This document shows, piece by piece, positions 55,001 to 64,000 of a DNA stretch of 64,000 nt. The stretch is from Phallusia mammillata (lineage: Eukaryota). The stretch lies in contig OZ281495.1 of the NCBI GenBank assembly GCA_965637545.1, positions 19,282,001 to 19,346,000 on the forward strand. The letters are read 5' to 3'. Every line of letters begins with the position of its first letter. The stretch's first letter is position 1. Under the pieces are notes generated by a model. It saw nothing but the letters and a program-made list of their open reading frames with translations. It was not told the DNA's origin and made no database searches. The position numbers and the translations under genes are program-made.

Positions 55001-56592
55001 TTGTTATCTCTTGAAATGCAAATTTTTTTTTACAACTTGCATGTGTGGGGACCCATGAGTTTCTGCTTGCAGAAACAACTAAGGTTATAAAAGACAGTGG
55101 ATGATATGGGACCCAATATAAAATAAGTGTAGGATGTAAATATATGTTAAGAAATAGGTCACAGTGTAGGCTATGTGCAATGGCAATATGTGCTAAGCCA
55201 ATATGTGCTAAGCCACCCTTCTAGTTTTTTAAAGTGGAATTTTGCTGATGGGATTTACTTGCTTGTCAATACTTTTTTCACCTTTATAATAAGTTTTTTT
55301 TTCATATTTTCAGCGGTTATATATCATGTCATGCATTGGTTTTGTAAATGTTCTTGTACAGGAGCAAAGCCGGAAATACAGCGCTAGAACGCTGCGTCCG
55401 CAAGCAAATGACGACCATTACGCAATGAATCCACTGCGTCCATACGAGTTTAAAGGAGGGCTAGGTAACTGCTATGTTTTCTGCGATCACCCATTTGCCC
55501 ATAACTTCAAAGCTCAATCGCTTTTACATTGCGTTTCAAATTCTTAATCAAAACGTTAAATAAAATTGTTGTTTGAAACGTACCTCGACGCGCAGGTTCT
55601 CGTAGCAAACTTTTCAGCAACCGAGTGCTAACAAGTGCTTCTGCTTCTGCTTCCTTTCCTAATCTCAACAAGAAAAAGAACACCCCCAAGATTGACTCTG
55701 CAGAAGGTATGAACCCTTACCCTGATGAAGGTGTTTCGTATGGGGCATCGAAACGTTGGCATATTAAAATAAAAACTGCCGGAAGAGCTAAAATTTTGTT
55801 GGTATGAACCCCTAATTTTTATACCTGGAAATACTTCTGACACAACCGAAGTCGATTTCAAATATTTGCACGTTGCCTTATTAAACAAAAACGACACTGC
55901 CTGTCTTGTCAAACACCATAAATATTGTTTATTTTATTTGCAGACACAAACGAAGCTTCTGCCTCCTCTATTCGACCGCTTGAAACTTTGCACAACTCTT
56001 TATCGCTCAAGCAAATGAATGACTTCCTCGACAAAGTGGTTCTGGTAAATACACTTTGATGCGAACAATCAAATAAATAATCTTGTTGTCCACTAAATGG
56101 GATCTTGTAACACAGATGGATATCCAAAACAGTTCGACAGAGACTAACATGGCTGCACCCACACATGAACCTTCATTTAACGCATTTGTCCCAATGAAAG
56201 TTCGTCCCAATGAATATGAGGCGGTCGGCGTTGAAGTGGAAGGTATTTTGTAGCTTTCAAACAGGGCTCTCATCGAACTGGCAAAAAATGTGATTTTCTA
56301 ACTAAAACTTATGCAAACGGAATTTCAAAGATAAATGCAAACGATTTTTATTTGTATTTATTCAACTTAAACCTTGTTATGTTCAAAAATCCCGAATAAA
56401 AACAAAAACAAATAAAAAAGCCTTTTTACTTCGCCTAACGAAAAATACGACAATGGAGGAGGGAAGTCACAAATAGGATTTAAAAAAAAACTGTACCCAA
56501 TTTACGAATCTAATTAATTTATATTTATATGGTACTAAGTTATATGAATATTTGCTCGTGTTTTGTCTACAGAAGTGAAAAAGACCAACTAA
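43004..56592 (+). CDS. PPIP5K2: Inositol hexakisphosphate / diphosphoinositol-pentakisphosphate kinase (PPIP5K/Vip1; ATP-grasp kinase + histidine phosphatase), about 30 exons, about 1214 aa
   Basis: Phase-consistent exons: 43004-43063, 43615-43807, 44030-44200, 44464-44618, 45000-45101, 45165-45326, 45386-45507, 45589-45690, 45756-45842, 45927-46100, 46166-46248, 46312-46440, 46862-46983, 47043-47158, 48248-48314, 48463-48601, 48678-48810, 49044-49137, 49202-49326, 49386-49500, 50061-50135, 50226-50387, 50638-50706, 51114-51350, 52810-52998, 55362-55464, 55596-55706, 55944-56044, 56116-56242, 56573-56592. Motifs: [69 protein letters not shown]. It is probably co-orthologous to vertebrate PPIP5K1 and PPIP5K2. 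Exons after 50387 are in a disordered region and less certain. Confidence 0.95.
51428..51765. mobile_element. Non-autonomous hAT element (MITE), 338 bp, in a PPIP5K intron
   Basis: TIRs CAGTGGTTCTTAACC / GGTTAAGAACCACTA (14/15). Perfect 8-bp TSD AGTTAAGG at 51420-51427 and 51766-51773. Subterminal GGTTCG repeats. No ORF. Confidence 0.9.
51888..52736. mobile_element. Non-autonomous hAT (Charlie/Buster-like) element, 849 bp, in a PPIP5K intron
   Basis: TIRs CAGGGGTCTCCAAC / GTTAGAGACCCCTG (13/14). Perfect 8-bp TSD GTTTACAA at 51880-51887 and 52737-52744. Subterminal GCGGGCCAC/GGCCCGCGGGCCGC motifs. No transposase ORF. Confidence 0.92.
53260..54785. repeat. Degenerate ~130-bp tandem repeat array, interrupted by the 53667-54473 hAT element
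   Basis: A recurring unit TTTACCCCAcTAG..AAAATGG..AAACAaTGTc.GAATT..ATGAAAtTtgg starts near 53265 (partial), 53470 (partial), 53590, 54501, 54630 and 54766 (partial). Periods are 129 and 136 bp in the intact part. Confidence 0.75.
53667..54473. mobile_element. Non-autonomous hAT (Charlie/Buster-like) element, 807 bp, inserted into a tandem repeat array
   Basis: TIRs CAAGGGTGGGCAAAC / GTTTGCCCACCCCTG (14/15). Perfect 8-bp TSD GCTTATAG at 53659-53666 and 54474-54481. GGGCCGCA and GGCCCGCGGGCCG subterminal motifs. Confidence 0.92.
55030..55215 (+). repeat. Copy of an unnamed ~150-bp dispersed repeat, ending in 3 x 15-bp units (ATATGTGCTAAGCCA)
   Basis: Aligns by eye with 2045-2185 and partly with 590-660. 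Tandem 15-mers at 55171 (degenerate), 55186 and 55201. Confidence 0.65.
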
Positions 56593-57388
56593 AGCCATCC
56601 CTCAGGAAGTTCCAAGAAATTGCCAGCACTGTGATTTTTATTCAGTTTTAAACGAGTTTGAAAGTTGTTACAATGTGAAGCAAAGCATTAAACTTAATAT
56701 TTTTGTTGATGTTCTCAATCACTTATGTGTTTAGGTAATTTTTCATGCTTGGACCTGTGGCGAATTTGCATGCGTCTAATCGACAAAACATATAAAAATA
56801 TTCATTTAAAAAGCATGTTCTGTGTTAAGGAAAAACCTAAATTTACCGTTTTTGGTTTTTTTATCTTGACATGAAAACATTAAGGCGTTGCTTGCTGTGT
56901 TTAACCTAAACTTGCACACTTTATTTATAAAGTTGGCTACGACTGTTTCAATTTGACTCTATAGGTCACCGTTGCTTTTATCAATAAAATACAGCCAAAT
57001 TGCCTGCTGCCGTTTTATAATTTTTGTGTGAGTGTGATTAAAAAAAAACATATTTCAGTTTTTTACACTGCGAAGGCCAGTGGATCTACGTAGAGTACAA
57101 AAAATATCTCATTTCCAAGCAAAAGTTGCCCACCCTTCTATCGGATTACTTACAATAGTTTTGGTTACAACTCTCGTTAACGCAGGATTTGCTGCAAAGT
57201 ATTTAAAAGGAAGGGAGTAGACGTTTGTGAATTTCTGTACGATAGTGGTATGACCAACAATTAGCCCATGTTTTAGGCAAACTAAATTGAGAATAATAAA
57301 TACGGTAGCATAGGCTAAACAGAAATAAAAACCAAAGCTGTGTTAACTAAGCCACATATTTAGCAATAACGCATCAACGTAACTTAAA

Positions 57389-57438
57389 CAGGTGCTCAAC
57401 CGCATAATTTGTACCCACGGCCGCAGGTTGTGCATCTG
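57389..57438. mobile_element. 50-bp hAT-like micro-foldback remnant
   Basis: CAGGTGCTCAACC ... GGTTGTGCATCTG (11/13 inverted match) with an internal CGGCCGC motif like the neighbouring elements. No TSD. Confidence 0.35.
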
Positions 57439-57571
57439 GACAGCGTCAGAAAATTTTCCATAGGGCGTTATGTGGAGTCGGTTTGCCCTCCATTACCCCC
57501 TCAGGCTGCCGACCATATATGTATCTTTGGTCTAAAAAAGATCACCTGGAACAAAAAATGCCACTTAATAT

Positions 57572-58091
57572 CAGGGAGTCGAACCGGAACTGAACCCGAA
57601 CCCGCGAACCGGTTTGAGCGGTTAAATTCATTAAACCCGAACCGAACCCGAACCGCTAATTACGATTTTCTAAAAACCCGAACCGGAGCTGAACCCTATA
57701 TTTTGTTTGGCGTTGGACCCGAACCGGAACTGAACCAGTAAAAAATGTAGTCTGTTTTATATTTTGTGATTTTTTCAAAACAGCGCACTTAAGAATACGC
57801 GAGATAGCACTTATAGGGCGTGTCAAAAATAACAGGGCACGGTCAAAAATCTTGTGGGGTTTGATAAGGCCAGGAAGATGATAGGTAGAATTAAACTGAA
57901 ACGAATGAAAATTTGAACCGGTTTAAAAACCGCAAACCGGTTCGGACCGGATAATTTGCCCAAACCGGAACAAAACCCGAACCCGAAAATACACATTTTT
58001 AAAAAACGGAACCGAACCCGAACCCTTAAAAACAAAACCAAGTGAACCCGAACCGAACCTGAACCCGTATGACAAGCGGTTCGACTCCCTG
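57572..58091. mobile_element. Non-autonomous hAT element with GAACC subterminal repeats, 520 bp, between PPIP5K and MARK
   Basis: Perfect 15-bp TIRs CAGGGAGTCGAACCG / CGGTTCGACTCCCTG. Perfect 8-bp TSD CTTAATAT at 57564-57571 and 58092-58099. Dense GAACC/AACCG repeats at both ends. Confidence 0.92.
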
Positions 58092-58399
58092 CTTAATATA
58101 GTGGGTCCATATTGTGATGAATTGAGTGTTTAGATAAAAAATATGAATAAATAGCCAATGATTAGGCCTATTAAAGCATAAATACACGAAACCTTTTAAA
58201 TAAAAATTTTTAGCACGCAAACCGAAATATGCCGTAAAAATATTGTTCCATTATCAATAGGATGGTCTTAAAAAAGGGTTAGTAAATTGTATCATACTTG
58301 TACTTAAAGCAAGAAATTGGAGTTTTGGATAAATGTTGAATTCTTTTTCCACAAAACAAATCGAATTGTTTTCGCGTTTTAAACCAAGACAATCCCCAC

Positions 58400-58521
58400 A
58401 CAAAAGTAAATGACGTAATAATACTTCGCTGTAGCGAACGATTCATGCGTCAGTCCGAGATAACATTTCCGGTTGGGTTGACTAACAAGTCCTTTCTGTT
58501 GTAAACCTTAAGAAAGTTTAG
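58400..58521 (+). promoter_or_regulatory. Candidate MARK promoter / non-coding first exon
   Basis: A local CpG-retaining patch with TGACGTAA (58411) and ATTTCCGG (ETS, 58465), and a possible donor TAG|GTAGCG at 58521. CpG becomes scarce immediately downstream. Confidence 0.4.
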
Positions 58522-59006
58522 GTAGCGTACGTATATTTTTATGAGTGATATGTGTTGGGTACCGTCACTTAGGGAGTTGTTTGCGCATTATGTCCAATAA
58601 AAGTCTGGATTTCTTGTGTTTCCATGTCTACAGTTATAAGAAAAGTCTGTTTGTGTTTTGTGTCGAAATATCTGTTTTATTAAACACGATGTTGATGACT
58701 TGAGGTGGTCTTTGATACTTAACTAGCTTTTGTGATGATGGAAAAGTTATTGCCAATGGTTTAAAAACAAACATAAGGTCAGGGTTTCTAGGACTAGGAT
58801 CTCTTCTGGAAAACATTGCATTGTGGGCATTTATTTACAAATTTGGCTTTGTATTTTGTGTATAGCATTTTTAATGCAATGTAGAACGTGTTCTGGGTGT
58901 TAAACATGTTGTTAATATTTAATACAACTAAATGCAAAACAAGCTATTAGGTCTGTTCACATAAGTGGGTTAATATCAAAACTTGCTCTTAAATTTATTC
59001 CAGTTT

Positions 59007-59057
59007 CTTAAATTACATTTTGGGTAAATCTTAAATTACATTTTGGCTTAAATTACA
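59007..59057. repeat. Short tandem repeat in a MARK 5' intron
   Basis: CTTAAATTACA at 59007, 59030 and 59047; the first two copies extend with TTTTGG. Confidence 0.7.
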
Positions 59058-61490
59058 AGTTTAATCATTTGGCAGTTAATAACTTTTTGATTGATTTTTG
59101 CAATGTGCAATTGTGAATCTTGTTAAACTTTCTACTAACATGTTTTTTTAAATGATTGCATCACATAGATTAGGTTTCAGCATTTTTTTTTATAGCCAGC
59201 CATATGATTTGCGAGTATATTGGAGTGCATACAGAGAATTTATATCAGTTTGTCATGAGGTAATAGTGCTAAAACCCAGCCTACACGCACAAATATTCTT
59301 TAACAAAACCACCTTTACACATAAAAATGTTGGCATGTGACAACATAGCCAATATCATGAAACAATTAAATTGGCATGCTGCACTACAAACGCTGCCGAC
59401 CCCCGAGATAGAGCCACAGACTGGTTGAGAAAAGTATTCAGTAAAATTTACCCTTAAATTTACCTGAGTTGCCCTTTTCTCCTTTTATTGAAGCAGTGTA
59501 AATTTTTGTAATTTATCTGGGTAAATTAGTGTAGGGGGACAGGCATACTGTTATCAAAACATTTATTAAATACTGGCAAGGCAAGGATTGTTGATAATTT
59601 TACAGACTTGGTCATTGGTCTTGCTTTTGTAAACTTGTTTAAATCAGCCAAATTGGAAAGCATGAAATCCCCTATTTATAAAAAAGCCCTCCATGTTATT
59701 TGCACAATTTTGTAATATTAGACATCAAAGTCCAACAATAAATAATTAAGACATAAATTGTGTACAAGACTATTGGCTTATACACACTTACAGCATGGTT
59801 TCCGTATATTGTTGGTTTTGGCCATAACAAGTAATTGGCTGATTTTATGACTGTAGTATTGCAGCGTGTAGTGGATGATATTCCACTTCTGCTTCAACAC
59901 ACACAAAAACAAACAATGTCTTTAGCCTTGATGAATGACGCTTTAATTAGCTTTTAATATTACTTCTGTATTTACACTGGTTTAATAGTGCGATTTACGT
60001 TTTTTGTAACATAAATTTTGAATTACAGTGTGCTGAAATTAATATGCAACTTGGATTGTTATCTTAGACTTAAAACAACTGTTCCCAATTCGTTGTATGT
60101 TTCCTAATTATTTTCAGTATTTTATTTGATATATTATTTCAGGGTCAGTGTAAAACAAGTAGATGTACTCGCTCACTGTCAAAAAGTCAATATAAGACTA
60201 GATTGTGGTTACATGATTTAAGCCTGACTGGACTTTTGGCATTGAAAAACTCACAGTTAAAATGGGCTTGTATCTGTATTTACCCTAACCACTACAAGCC
60301 AACAATGCCCCAACTACCATGTTAGGAATCAAAAGCATCTTCATAAGTCAGTTTTTTGGTCTATGCAGAATGGACATGGACAATTTTTTGTTATATGCCT
60401 GCTGTTATAATTCACTTTGTGATAAGCCTGCTGTTATAAGTTATTTGTGTCAAATTTCTGTAGAAGCTTTGAAGCTTTTCTTCAAACTTACAGTGTAGCT
60501 ACTGAATGTTATATGCCAGGGTTAACTTAAGATAGGAGAAAATCACTTAGGGTATTGGAGTGTTGTTCACAGTTGGACAAAGGAAACAATTGTTCAAGTA
60601 AGTAGTGTCAAGTTCAGACTGCTAACTGCTGAATTTGTGAAATGACTTCTTTGGCCCTGACACTGTCTTAAAATACAAGATGAAAGTTTAAAAATAACAA
60701 AACACTGCTACTAAAAGGTGTGCTAAAACTGGTTCCAAGAATTATGAGAACATATTTTTATTATTATTAGTGAGATTGGTTTACCATTTAATTATATATA
60801 TAATTTTTGTGTTTTTTGTTTTAACTGACCATGTATTGAACCTACTTGAACGCCTAAAGCTGAAATAGCTGGAGGCTGTTTTTCAAGTGTGAATGGGCGT
60901 CTGTTAGTGGTCCCTCATGCTTGATAAGTTTAATGGCAAATTGATTTCAATTCCTTGGAGATTGAGTCAGCCCATTAATTGTTTTCATGGTAAATTATTT
61001 GAAAAAAATAGTGCCCATTACCTGTGGTTAATTGACTTTTGTATGAAACCTTTGACTGAAATATTTACATGACATGGTTGGGAATTTTAGGTTATTGGTA
61101 ATTTGGTTTAACTATAAAATAAAAGTCTATTTTTCTTGCCTTAAGATGTATTGGCAATGCGGTTGATTCTTTGACCACTCTTCAAGCTGTTCAACATGGC
61201 ACTGCAAATTGGACTGTATATTGTGTGATGTTACATGATGTTGTATGATGTGGTCTCCATCAAAACAATGTGTTTAAGACTTTAGTCGTGGGGTTTCCAC
61301 TGTGTTTCAGATTTCTTGTTACCTCTTGCACATATTAATGTTTTTTTTTCTTTCCAAATTTTTGACATGTTCAACTTTTGTTTTCCCAGTACGTTTGTAG
61401 TTTTGTCCACTCTGGTTCAATACACTGTAGAAACCAGGTGGTGCAAATTTTAATTATCTGATTGGAAATGAATTTGATCTAAAGTTGGAT

Positions 61491-64000
<2,510 letters not shown>

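Noticed and set aside
57572-58091. GAACC repeat clusters (CRISPR-like look) and GGTTCGACTCC (tRNA B-box-like)
   Set aside because: There is no regular repeat-spacer period, no A-box and no cloverleaf. Both are explained by hAT subterminal repeats and the TIR.

Overview
This is AT-rich, intron-rich animal genomic DNA, most likely from an ascidian tunicate. That call is an inference from the Otx N-terminus (MSYLKSPHYAMNGLGLGHDMNLLHP) and the many ~57-65 nt GT-AG introns. Four protein-coding genes lie in tandem on the + strand, and I rebuilt each exon by exon with consistent phases. They are EHBP1 (5'-partial, 24 exons, 409-20543), Otx (5 coding exons, 38372-40847), PPIP5K/Vip1 (about 30 exons, 43004-56592) and a MARK/Par-1 kinase (3'-partial, from about 61491). 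The window splits into two kinds of domain. One is a CpG-rich, almost transposon-free block (~4-43 kb) covering the 3' half of EHBP1, an 18-kb gene-free spacer and Otx; it looks like the Ehbp1-Otx genomic regulatory block and contains a GATA/ETS cluster resembling the Ciona Otx a-element. The other is CpG-depleted housekeeping gene bodies, which carry four intact non-autonomous hAT elements (each with a perfect 8-bp TSD), a ~130-bp tandem array and an unnamed dispersed repeat. I found no tRNA, rRNA, CRISPR array or transposase ORF, and no clearly new gene system. The most interesting signals are regulatory, epigenetic and repeat-related. All counts are manual.
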